Shown here piece by piece: positions 32,801 to 43,700 of a DNA stretch of 64,000 bases. Both the position numbers and the translations under genes were made by a program. The notes under the pieces are model-generated. The model saw nothing but the letters and a program-made list of their open reading frames with translations, searched no databases and had not been told where the DNA came from. The DNA is from Mytilus edulis. Taxonomy: Eukaryota. Each line of letters begins with the position of its first letter. The first letter of the stretch is position 1. The stretch spans positions 23,932,001 through 23,996,000 of the forward strand of contig NC_092353.1 in the NCBI RefSeq assembly GCF_963676685.1. Reading direction: 5' to 3'.

Positions 32801-35536
32801 TAGAAGGGAAAGCCCAAGTGCACTACTATGTTTTTCAAAAGTTAAAATTTATATAAATGTGCGGCATATTTTCATAATTTATACCCCGAACTTAAAGAGA
32901 TTTTAAAAGCATAATGTACTAGAATGCTTTACTACCCCTACGATCACTTTGGGTCTACCTCAGAATTTAAGGCGGCCGTAAATTATGTTTTGTTGGACTG
33001 GTAACATTCCCAAGTTGTGTTTCTATGAGATGATACATAGAGATTGAAAACAGAGTTTACTGTGCATATTGCTTTCCCCCCGTTTTTTTCTATATTGGCT
33101 ATAGATATAGAGGGGGGTTGAGATCTCACAATTTAAAACCCCGCCGCATTTTTGCGCCTGTCCATAGTCCGGAGCCTCTGGTCTTTGTGAGCTATTTATA
33201 TATTTCGGAGTTTAGTAATTAAAACGTCCACTATCACTGAACTAGACACATGTTTGTTTAGGGGACAACTGAAGCATGCAGGATTTTCTCGCTGTAATGA
33301 AGACCATTTAGTGGTCTTCGCCTGTTTTCTGGTCTTTGTTCGGATTGTTGTCTCTCTGATACATTTCTTATTTCAATCTCAATTGCATATGTGGGAACCT
33401 GAACTTGAACGAAACAAATTATGAATAGTGTATATCTTCCAAAAAGAGGGGTGGTTTGTTAAACAGTTGTATTTTAAAAGTGACGCCTATAGAAAATGTC
33501 TAATTCTTTGAACATTTATGTTCGTACCTACGAAAACCACGTGCATGAACATTGGTGCATACATTTTACATATCCAATGAAAATTATTATAATTAATCCA
33601 AAGTATATAGTTGTTCGAACAGTTATAGTGAAGGGTAGGTAATGAATTAGTTATCAAAGATATCAGGCTTATAATTCTATACGGCTGACGCACGTTTCGT
33701 CTACAAAAGACTCGTCAGTGACGCTCAGATCAAAATAGTTAGAAAGCCAAACAAGTTGATGAGCATTGGACAAATCCGTTGTCCCAACTGCAGTTAATGC
33801 AATATATACCTGGGATAAGCAAATTCCTAGTATTTCGAATTTTCAATACTTTGGCAAACATCCACCAGTAGCAACATCGACCCATTGGTGTAGATAGTTT
33901 TTAAAGTTTCCAGGCGTATAATTTAATATGCCAGACGCGCGTTTCATTTACATTAGACTCATCAGTGACTTACAAATCAAAATAGTTCGAAAGCCATTTT
34001 CATAGTCATTTTCTTTTAATTTACAATTTGAAAAGACAGTAACGATAGAACGTAAAGTATGATCAAATCAAATAACACATATCTGAAAGGGTGATATAGC
34101 AGATTGTTGTCCCTCGAAAAAAATATTGTCAACTGTCGCTTGACAATGTATCCTCGGGGTAACAATCTGCTCTCTCATTCTATAAGTCGTTATTTTTTTG
34201 TATAGAATATTAGTACATGACTTAATTTTTCTAGATAAAATTGGAAGACGTATATATTGGACTGATGGTTATCTCCAACTCCTTAAATCATCGACTTTTG
34301 ATGGCACCGATGTTTATACGATAGTTCAGCTCGCTAAAAAGACATTTCCACAGCCATTCGGTATAGAATTATATGATGATCAAATATATTGGACTAACTG
34401 GAATGCTAAAAGTGTTTACACTGTTCATAAATACAAAGGCAATGATATGAAGCCACTTATAACTGGATTAAAAGCACCGAGAAATCTGAAAATTATATCA
34501 AAAGAAACCCAGAAGAAAGGTACTTAAATGCGTTGTTAATATTTTAAAAAATCGAATATGTTAGACTCACTGGAACTCTAAAAGTGTTTACACTGTTCAT
34601 AAATACAAAGGCAATGATATGAAGCCCCTTATAACTGGATCAAAAGCACCGAGAAATCTGAAGATTATATCAAAAGAAACCAAGAAGAAAGAAANNNNNN
34701 NNNNNNNNNNNNNNNNNNNNNNNNNNNNNNNNNNNNNNNNNNNNNNNNNNNNNNNNNNNNNNNNNNNNNNNNNNNNNNNNNNNNNNNNNNNNNNNNNNNN
34801 NNNNNNNNNNNNNNNNNNNNNNNNNNNNNNNNNNNNNNNNNNNNNNNNNNNNNNNNNNNNNNNNNNNNNNNNNNNNNNNNNNNNNNNNNNNNNNNNNNNN
34901 NNNNNNNNNNNNNNNNNNNNNNNNNNNNNNNNNNNNNNNNNNNTCAGATTCTTATTATTTTTAACCAGGTACAAACCTATGTGGGAATAATAATGGTGGC
35001 TGCCAGCATCTGTGTCTCCCTGTTCCTATCACTTTAAACAGTGCAGGGTATAGCTGTGTTTGTGCTGATATGTTTAGTAAGGATAACACATTGGAATGTA
35101 TTAAGAAAGGTAAATTTATTATACATGTATTTATATATTATTCATAATATTTATTTTATTTGCATTATGATACTTATATTATTGGTATCTAAAACAAGAA
35201 ACATGCTGAAATAAATTTTTGTTTTGTTTTAACCGTGTAAAACTATTATCAGGAACAAAACGATATAAAAATCAAGGCATATTAGAAATGTAGCCAAAAT
35301 CAACGACCAAAAAGTGAACATTGCTTAAAAATCAATAAACGCATGTGGACGTATCTAATGTTTTCATCAGCTACTCGTTTTTATGTATACATATGAAACC
35401 AAAAGACACTATTTTTGCTTACTCATTTTTATCAAAATCATTTTTAAAAGTACCATAATCGGATTTGTATGTACGTCTATAATTTGATTATGTATTTATT
35501 TTAGATCCAGCAGAGTTGGTGAAAGACGAGCTGTAA
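21028..35536 (+). CDS. 669-aa soluble LDLR/VLDLR-family protein: signal peptide-(YWTD beta-propeller-EGF)x2-KDEL. Exons 21028-21106, 22999-23170, 23359-23580, 24439-24557, 25223-25507, 26188-26334, 27476-27650, 31546-31779, 32198-32316, 34235-34519, 34969-35109, 35505-35536
   Basis: Twelve GT-AG exons sum to 2010 nt in one frame. Signal peptide [23 protein letters not shown]. Propeller 1 blades LLYAN/IFWTD/LYWTD/FFSDW/LYWTD/VYWTN; [27 protein letters not shown]. Propeller 2 blades LILAE/IFWTD/IYWTD/FFTDW/IYWTD/IYWTN; [24 protein letters not shown]. Last exon [10 protein letters not shown]-stop. Confidence 0.88.
21995..22179. repeat. 37-bp minisatellite, 5 copies (intron 1 of the YWTD gene)
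   Basis: GTGTATGGTGACTGTCTGTAACATTTGTTGTCTATAG units start at 21995, 22032, 22069, 22106 and 22143. Confidence 0.92.
24137..24294. repeat. About 160-bp fold-back palindrome, probably part of a non-autonomous element starting near 23950
   Basis: GAATGCTTCTTTTTGTAACTTCAT..GTAAAAGCGTTGACCG pairs with CGGTCAACGCTTTTAC..ATGAAGTTACAAAAAGAAGCATTC. Confidence 0.8.
24830..25060 (+). mobile_element. tRNA-derived SINE (V-SINE-like), degenerate
   Basis: B-box-like GATTTCGAATCCT at about 24880; V-domain-like CACTCCGGTTACCCCCGCCAATATAACAGACCGCCACGAAATA; ATCAATCAAT tail. Confidence 0.5.
28690..28955. repeat. About 128-bp tandem duplication inside the CACTA-like element
   Basis: ATATATTTTACAATG.TACACGC.TTGAATTTAAGAGTAAGATCAAATA...GGTAGAACTAAATGTACTGCGGCAA occurs twice. 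Confidence 0.8.
29832..29881. repeat. 50-nt poly(T) tract
   Basis: Uninterrupted T run. Confidence 0.95.
34564..34694 (+). repeat. Partial duplicate of the 3' part of YWTD-gene exon 10, abutting an assembly gap
   Basis: Copies about 34392-34519 (CTAAAAGTGTTTACACTGTTCATAAATACAAAGGCAATGATATGAAGCC...) with several substitutions. Confidence 0.85.
34695..34943. other. Assembly gap (249 N)
   Basis: Run of N. Confidence 1.
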
Positions 35537-36029
35537 AGACGGATACTCAAAATTTGTTAAATTTTGATAGTCTTTGTAACTTTTACATGAGATCTATTGC
35601 TAGTGTCATTATTTCATTAATTTGAACTATCATAAGACTTTCATTCTAAGACCAATTATTTTTCTAAACTAATATTCCATACGGAGTTTTCCGTAGCAAG
35701 TGACGATTCGGACTATTCTTATTTATATGAATATATCAATCCTCGAACAAACAATAGTTTTGAGAATCTACTGTGATAAACAAATTGATCAAAACAAAGA
35801 GATATTTTGCAACAATTAATCATCAAATATTCTGAATTATATTTTGGTACGCCAGACACACTTTTCGTCTACATAAGACCCATCAGTGGATGAAAGTTGT
35901 TTGATGTTGAAAATGATGTACCAAGTTGAAGATCAGAGAGTAATTAAAATCAATAATTTCGAAAATTTGTGATAAATATACGACTTTAGCATTATTTGTC
36001 TAGTGGTAAAAAATGTACTCTCTACGAGA

Positions 36030-36330
36030 GTTGGTTGAAAACGAAACGTTACGACAAAACAGATGATTTCAGCGTCCCAATTGTGACCTTTTCATTTTTA
36101 AACCAAGAGTTCCAAATGGTGAAGTTGAAATCATCACTTCGTAAATTTTACGGACAAAATCACGAGTTGGTTGACCGTCATGGAATATCCGTTTCACAGA
36201 TGTGATCGGATATGTTCCTTACGTCGTTTCTAAAATCCCGTTCCCTTTTCACGAATGTGACCTACCGAACAAGACTGCTTTCCGATTTGTAACAACACGA
36301 GCAATACGACGAGTTCCACATGCAACAGAA
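36030..36330 (+). mobile_element. Penelope-like retroelement RT C-terminal remnant with internal deletion; related 3' piece at about 61425-61750
   Basis: LKTKRYDKTDDFSVPIVTFSFL/NQEFQMVKLKSSLRKFYG..HELVDRHGISVSQM matches the YDKRDDFxFPIVNFPFL...KLKSSLRKFYG pattern of bivalve Penelope-like elements. Confidence 0.65.
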
Positions 36331-37785
36331 TCACCCCCAGTTTTCGGAAGCGTTTTTGATGGGGTTCGTGTTGTTGTTGTACCACTATTTGTGACACTTT
36401 TACCTATTGTTAATGTTTGTTTTGTTCACACATCGTTGTCAATATAATGTAATTTGATGCGACTGTCATACAAGTAAGAGGTTTAGCTTGCTTTAAAACC
36501 AGGTTTAATCGACCATTTTCATTATAAGAAAAGGCCTGTACCAAGTCAGGAATATGACAGTTGTTATCCATTTGTTTGTTGTCTTTATGCTTTTGATTAT
36601 GCAATTTGATTAGGGACTTTCCGTTTTAAATTTTGCTCGGAGTTCAGTATATTTGTCATTTTACTTTTCACATACAAGCATTTAAGATATTGTGAGGTAA
36701 GAACAACATCTATTCGATAGTAAATTTTACTAACAATACGATATAACCCTTTTCAAAATCTTGATGTTCACAAAGAGGAGAAATGTAAAAAAGTCAAACA
36801 AAGGAAGAAGACACTAACGGACATGGACTTATAGACAAATAACAACTCACGAATTATGCACAAAAACAAACGATGAAGTGAAATGAACCCACCCATAAAC
36901 TAAGAATGAATTCCTCAGCTAAATGTTTATCAATTGGTTTCAAAGTATTTGCATCAATCATCCCCAGATGGCTTATAAAATGAAAAATTGCATTATTAAC
37001 AAACATACATGTTGTGGTTGTTCAAACACTTTTGTTAAAATGAAATTGCGCATGCATTCAATTGAAAAATGTTAACCAAATCATAAATTGTATCGTATCA
37101 TTGTAAGTTTTGTTTTACAGTAAAATGATATAACCTGTGTTTCTTGTGTGCCATGTTGGAAATAATCAAATTCTTATCAACGATAAATGAATGTTTGTGT
37201 CAATCAAATCAAACCAATCACGGACCCTTTGATGATTACCTAAAGATAACCAGCAGTCCAGACAATTTTTACATATTGTGTGAATACAACATTTGCCAAT
37301 TGTTTTAATTTCTTTTACAATGGAGTCTTAATTGTGAATATTAGAGGCTTTATTAATAATAGACTGAAGCATAAAAGGAAACACAGACGTAAATAAAATC
37401 GGCATTCATATCGTTCACGATGTTTGTTAAACGTATATCTTGAACCACTATTTCCCAATTTTAGTACCTTATAAAAAAAGAAGAAAATTGTGCATTTATT
37501 TACTTTATAAAACTTTATACAAAAGTTCATCAAATTAAAGAAAAGCAAAACAAATTGTGCTACAGAAGAACCGAATGTTGACTATCACCAATGGGACATT
37601 ACTATGTTTAACTATCTAACACAATGTTCGGTTTTCTTTTCCTTTGACTGTGACCTCAAAATACTATAAGTTAAGAAATGAGTTTTCATTTGCAATAAAA
37701 GGTAAGCAGATTGTTTTAGTAAAAGCTGTGTCACATTGTTAAGTTATCGATACATTCAATTGTTATATATGACGTATGTGCCACA

Positions 37786-40700
37786 TCAAAGGATATCGGA
37801 ATTCCTCTTTATAGTTTTTGATCGGTATTCTATAAGATCATTGTCTGTAATGTCGTCCAAAGAGAATTCCATGTGAACATCAGACCACTTTTTGAAAGGC
37901 TGTACATTGCCTGTTTCTTTATTCACTATTGTCATATAATCTTGTGACAATGACACAAATTCGCATTCTTGGTAAATCAATATAGATCCCCAATTATGAC
38001 CACATGCAAAACCATAAACTTTGTCTGTTTTCTTTATTTCATCGAATGTCTGAGACTTTTTTGTCTTTCTTCTGTCAATCTTGCCAAAAATTTCTTTATC
38101 GCAAATAATACAATGTGACTTTCTAATCCTTCTAATGTATTGACCGTCTATTATAAATTTGCCACATAATGCACAAGTTATGTAAAACTTGCCCTTTTTC
38201 TCTGAATTAGGATTTGTTTTCAGCCGTTGACGTGCTAGTTCCTCCATCTCATAGATATTCCTTTCTGAAGTTGCTATTTTCTGACTAATATCTTCCTTCA
38301 ATACCTCATCTATTGCCAAACCCATAAGAAACAACCTCTCGATGTTTATTTCTTCCCTTTCGAGCTCCTCCTGACTTGCAATTAGCACCTCTTGTCCACC
38401 TTGATGACGAATTCTCCCTATAATTAATATAACAACATCATTTCTGTGTTCTAGCAATATGACAGTTGTTGTTCATTCGTTCTGTTGGTTGATATAATCC
38501 TGTTTGATTTTGAAAGGATTAGAAAATATACATGTACCGATATATAATCAATATAATGTCTCGTTATGTTAAACAAGAGAGATTTGAGCAATCCGCTATT
38601 ATATAATTCCTGATCACCGGATGTTGATAGGAGAAACAAAACAAACAGTGGAACAAGATCTGGTTATACCATAAGTTGCATCCGAGTCATATCCGGATTC
38701 TGGTAAACGACATGTACGACTGACCCATTATACTCTTACTCTCATTGCTCAGTCTTTTCCGAGTACTGTCATGTTCATAATTTTTTACAATAGTTTTGTT
38801 TGTTTTTCTATGATTGTTTAGTTTGTTATCAAATATGCATGTATAAATAGAGAAATAACATAGACAGCATTAAAGCAAGTCGAATGTAAATGTAGATTTA
38901 CAACAACCCTATTTTTTGTTATATTGGGTTACCGGTCTCTTTAAAAAGTACATCATCAAGTCGCTTTTAATTCATATTTAAAATGAAATCAATCATTCTC
39001 ATTAAAAAAATTATATATTTTATACGATGAGTGCCACATGTGCAGAAAGATCTGCTTACCCTTGGAAGCACCTAAGATCTACCCCAGTTTTTTTGGGAAT
39101 ATGTGTTGCTTAGTCTTTATTTTTTTTTTATGTTGTGTCTTATGGTACTGTTAATTTTATTACTACCACGGGGTCGATACCTCTTCTGGTGGACTATGAG
39201 TCCCCGAGGGTATCACCAGCCCAGTAGCCAGTACTTCGGTACTTGCATGAAAATACGGATTTTTTGTTATAAAAATTTGCTGTTACAAAATGAAAGAAAT
39301 TATTATAAATTAAGGAATGTATCTCCCTCATGCAAAGCTCTGATTCCTTTCACGGATTTGGCTATACTTTTTGGACCTTTTGAATTATAGCTCTTTATCT
39401 TTTATATAAGCTTTGGATTTCAAATATTTTGGCCACGATCATCACTGAAGAAACATGTATTGTCGAAATGCGCATCTGGTGCAAGAAAATTGGTACCGTT
39501 AATTTTGTTATGTATTATTATTTGTCTGTTCGTCTTTCTGTTTCTGCGATGGCGTTGTCAGTTTATTTTTGATCTATGAGTTTGACTGTGACTCCCTCTG
39601 GTATGTTTGGACCCTCTTTTATACCTAATTTTGCAAATTTGTGTATTGTATCAAAATAAAGGCAGGCTTTTTTGCTTTAAATCGGGAAGTGTTGTAATGG
39701 GTTGTCAGTTTTATGAGCATACTGAAAGATAGTTTTACCTCTCATCTGTAAGCTGCTAATCTCATTTGCTTGCAGCCTATATCTTATCGTTAAGGTACAT
39801 TGCTGAATGTCCAGACCTTCAGATGCAACAGATGTTGCTACTAGACACAAATGTTTTCCTTCCTTGAATCGCTTAACAATATCAATCTGTTCTTCCTTCG
39901 AAAGACCTACATAACAATAAGTTATTTATTCAGTGAAAAAAAAATAATACTACATTCTTATAATATAATACAAACTCTTATACTTAACTGCTATGTCATG
40001 GTCATTCTAGGAATAAATCACTGAGTCAGTAAATTGGCAAAATTTTACAATTTTTTCTAAAATAACTTCCCTTTCAGTCCATGGACTGTATATACAATTA
40101 CATACTGCTTTTAAAACTTCCTGATTCTCACAACCAATTAGCCAAATAGATATATTTTCGGTATTATGTTTCTTAAGAATAGGGCTTTGTTCATTGTTGA
40201 AGGCCGTACGGTGAACTATAGTTGTTCATGTCTGTGTCATTTTGGTCTCTTGTGGACAGTTGTCTCATTGGCAATCATACCACATCTTTTATTTTATATA
40301 TGTTAATGATCTTCAACTTTGTACTTGCTTGGGTTTCTTTACTATTAAAATTAGAGCGTCATTAGTGGGTCTTATGTAGACGAAACTATTAGCATGTCGA
40401 AATGTCCTATTGTAATGTTTATTTGTGTATGTCTTTGTCCTGAATGTTGTTGCATTTATTTGTACTGTAGTCCTGTAATGTTATGTTGTCATTTTAATGT
40501 TATATTCAACATTGCCATAAAAGCCCAAGGTTTGGATAGCCGTAAAACCAGGTTCAATTCACTATTTTATTTTATTTAAATGTCCTGTACCAAGTCAGGA
40601 AAATTACCATTGTTGTATCATAGTTTGTGTGTTACATTTAAGTGTCGTGTTTCTGTTGTGTCGTAGTTCTCCTCTTATGGTTGATGTGTTTCCCTCAGTT

Positions 40701-43700
40701 TTAGTTTGTAACCCGGATTTGTGTTTCTCTCAATCGATTTATGAAGTTCCAACAGCGGTATACTACTGTTGCCTTTATTTTTTTTTTTTATTGTACTTCA
40801 GGTGATATAAGATAATTTATAAAATGATAATATAAATTGTAGTTTAAACCATATTTGAACATCTTGTATTTAAATTTTTGTCAGTGATAAGATCTAATGG
40901 TTGCATTTTATGTTAAAATATTGTATTTTTACAGGTAATTTTAACTCTCGAAATGTCATAACCTCTCGACCATTTCAAAATATAATCAACAAACAGCTTT
41001 TCTTCAATGGTCTTTAATTAGGTTGGTGCTTAAAGTCCATAAAAATATATATTGAAATCATTCGAATATACCTCCTTCTTCTTTCGAAACTTGAGACCCA
41101 GTTAAATGTCGACTATTGAACTCTTCTGGTAGTTTTTCTGCAAGCGCTTTGGCTGTCGTTCTTGTTTTAACAAATATAAGAAACCTAGACTCCTCTCCAT
41201 GCTTCTGATATTCGTCCTCGAGTACTTCAATTATTTTTTCAACATCAGGATTTCCTTCAATTCTCCTCCCTAATGCATATATTTTAGTCAATACTTCTGT
41301 TAAAATATAAATATACCAGTTTTATGAATCCGATTTCTGTGCCCACGTGAAAGTAAAACTTTTGAAATTAGTTCAGATTTAGGAATGTATTTTATCAAAG
41401 CATTGCTCTAACTCCTTGTCATGGTATTATGTTTTGCAGCTGACAATAGATCTTCATACTTTGTATAAAGTTTAAAATTTTCAAATATGTCTGCCTCAAG
41501 CATTAACGGAATGAAAATACATTTTTTACGAAATTACTGTTATTATCAACTCGGGTTTTAATATAGTTATTTAATCAAGGGAAAACTTATCTAGCAATTA
41601 GGTGGAGACAAAATTACCAATAAAAAGATTGAGCACACTATTTAATGGTCTTTTTAAATTCGTTTAGTTTGATGCATTACCATCAAGTACTTCGATCAAT
41701 TCTTTCTCTTTGTCATCTGTTGCCTTTATGCTTTCTTCTTTCAATCTCTTCACTCCGTCTTTCAATATTGCTCTTATCTGAGTAACATCAAGTAAAGAGT
41801 TTACTTCCAAACATTCTGCATAAAACTGAAATACAAAATACAAACAAAGTGTTAAATTTAGTAAAGTAAATACTAACTGGACATAATTAACATAAATATC
41901 ATCCATTGCCACAATTTCCACGTAAGTTTGACCTCAAAACAAATTTAACTGGAGTCAGTGGTTTTTTTGTTGTTGTGATATGTATAGCTGTCATATATTT
42001 AGTTCATTTAAAAAAATGATTTTTCTTAATTCGCCTTGAGTTTTGATATAATAACATATTTCAATGGAGGAGTGTGAAGCAAAAATGTAGGAAATTCAAT
42101 AATCAAGTATTAGTTGGAAATACTAGTACGTCTAATAGGGAATCATTTGATTGTAAAAATGCAGCAACGTTTAACAATTCTTTACAGTTTTAACGTACTC
42201 GAAAACAAATAATACCATTATGACTAGACATGCAATCAACTCAATTGTTAGCTGCATACAATTGTTTTTACAACGCCATGGCTAAACGACGGTCTTTACA
42301 TCTCTCTTGTGGCTTTTGATTTTTCTTGTTCGTACATAATTTATTAGATGTAGGTTTTTTTTTTATGCCTCATTATTAATCATCTTAAGAGTTTTACGAA
42401 ATAAATGTGTTTACAATCGAATTACTTGGATAAACCTGTTCAGTTGGCATTACAATGATTATTTTTATAATTCTAATGGAAAGTAGTACTTTATTATTTT
42501 AAAATTGCATATGTTTGTTTGTTCTTTTTTTTCGAAGAGAAATTATTGTCATGACTTGTCAAATCGTTATTATATACTTTTCACATTCTACGTACAATTT
42601 CCAATCAACGAGAGACATCCTAACTCTGTTTTCATTTTCACTATTACAAATCTGATATAATAACAGTTAATCTTGTTACCATATATAAAACTGCTACTCA
42701 ACTGAATCCCCAAAGATATGAAATAAAATCTCATCAAAGATACCTGTCTTATACTTTGTTAGGCACCGATTGCGTTCATACAACTACGAATGAGGTTTCT
42801 GTTGTAGGAAAGGTACTTGGAGATGTGGTGGAGTTTATAACATTTATAGGATTGGCCAATAGACGTTTCTAACTTCTACTACCAATTTTGTAAAAATCTT
42901 GAGCTCTATGTATTATTTTCAAGGCAGCCAAATTCAATTGTAGCATTTACATTGAGCTGCAAAGTTTTCTTATCATATACATCCGATTTCATCTGAATAG
43001 ATGCACGCTTGATAAATATTATATTTACATACAAAATAATGTGTTAAAATTACATTGTTAGATAATCTTTATATATATAGGCGTCGTTCAGCTGGCCCCT
43101 TAAAAAATATGTATACTAGTACAGTGATAATGGACGTCGTACTAAATTCCAAATTATACACAAGAAACTGTAATCTTATATTTATTTGTAGGATCCTTTA
43201 CTATAGATCAATCAGCTGATCTGTAAAAAATAACATCTTCGTGCCTTATATGTCATGTACTTTAGTACGACGCTAGATTAACACTGACGTGGAAAGGTAA
43301 CACCCGGCCACCGAAAGATTCATTTTATGAAGCCCAGGTGGTCGTGTGGGCTAGCGCGCCGGTAACAGTGCAGGCGATTTGGTGTCACGATATCTCAGTG
43401 GCATGGGTTCCAATCCCGGCTAGGGCAGAACAAAAAATTTGCGAAAGCAAATTTACAAATCTAACATTGTATGGTTGGTGTTTAGACGAGTTGTATATAT
43501 ATATATATATATATATATACGCATTTTCTTTGCAAAATATTCTTGGTAGAGGGGTCTTTATACAGCACAAACAACATTTTCAAAGACACAAACAAAAGTG
43601 AAAAAGTATAATATCAACAAAATTTTAACGCATTTGAAAAGCCGGCCAAACAACGGATGTTCTTAAACACTGCTGACTTCCGAGTAATCGGATCACCAGA

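Noticed and set aside
34597-34990. ORFs of 123-125 aa in the ORF track
   Set aside because: Artefacts of reading through the N gap.
21028-35536. Calling the gene LRP5/6, LRP4 or VLDLR
   Set aside because: It lacks LDLa repeats, a TM helix and cytoplasmic motifs; orthology cannot be assigned without phylogeny.
36202-36447. Hydrophobic stretch VRVVVVPLFVTLLPIVNVCFV as a possible transmembrane exon of the YWTD gene
   Set aside because: Lies at the junction of Penelope-like and dispersed-repeat sequence, downstream of a clean terminal KDEL exon; I found no supporting splice context or NPxY tail.
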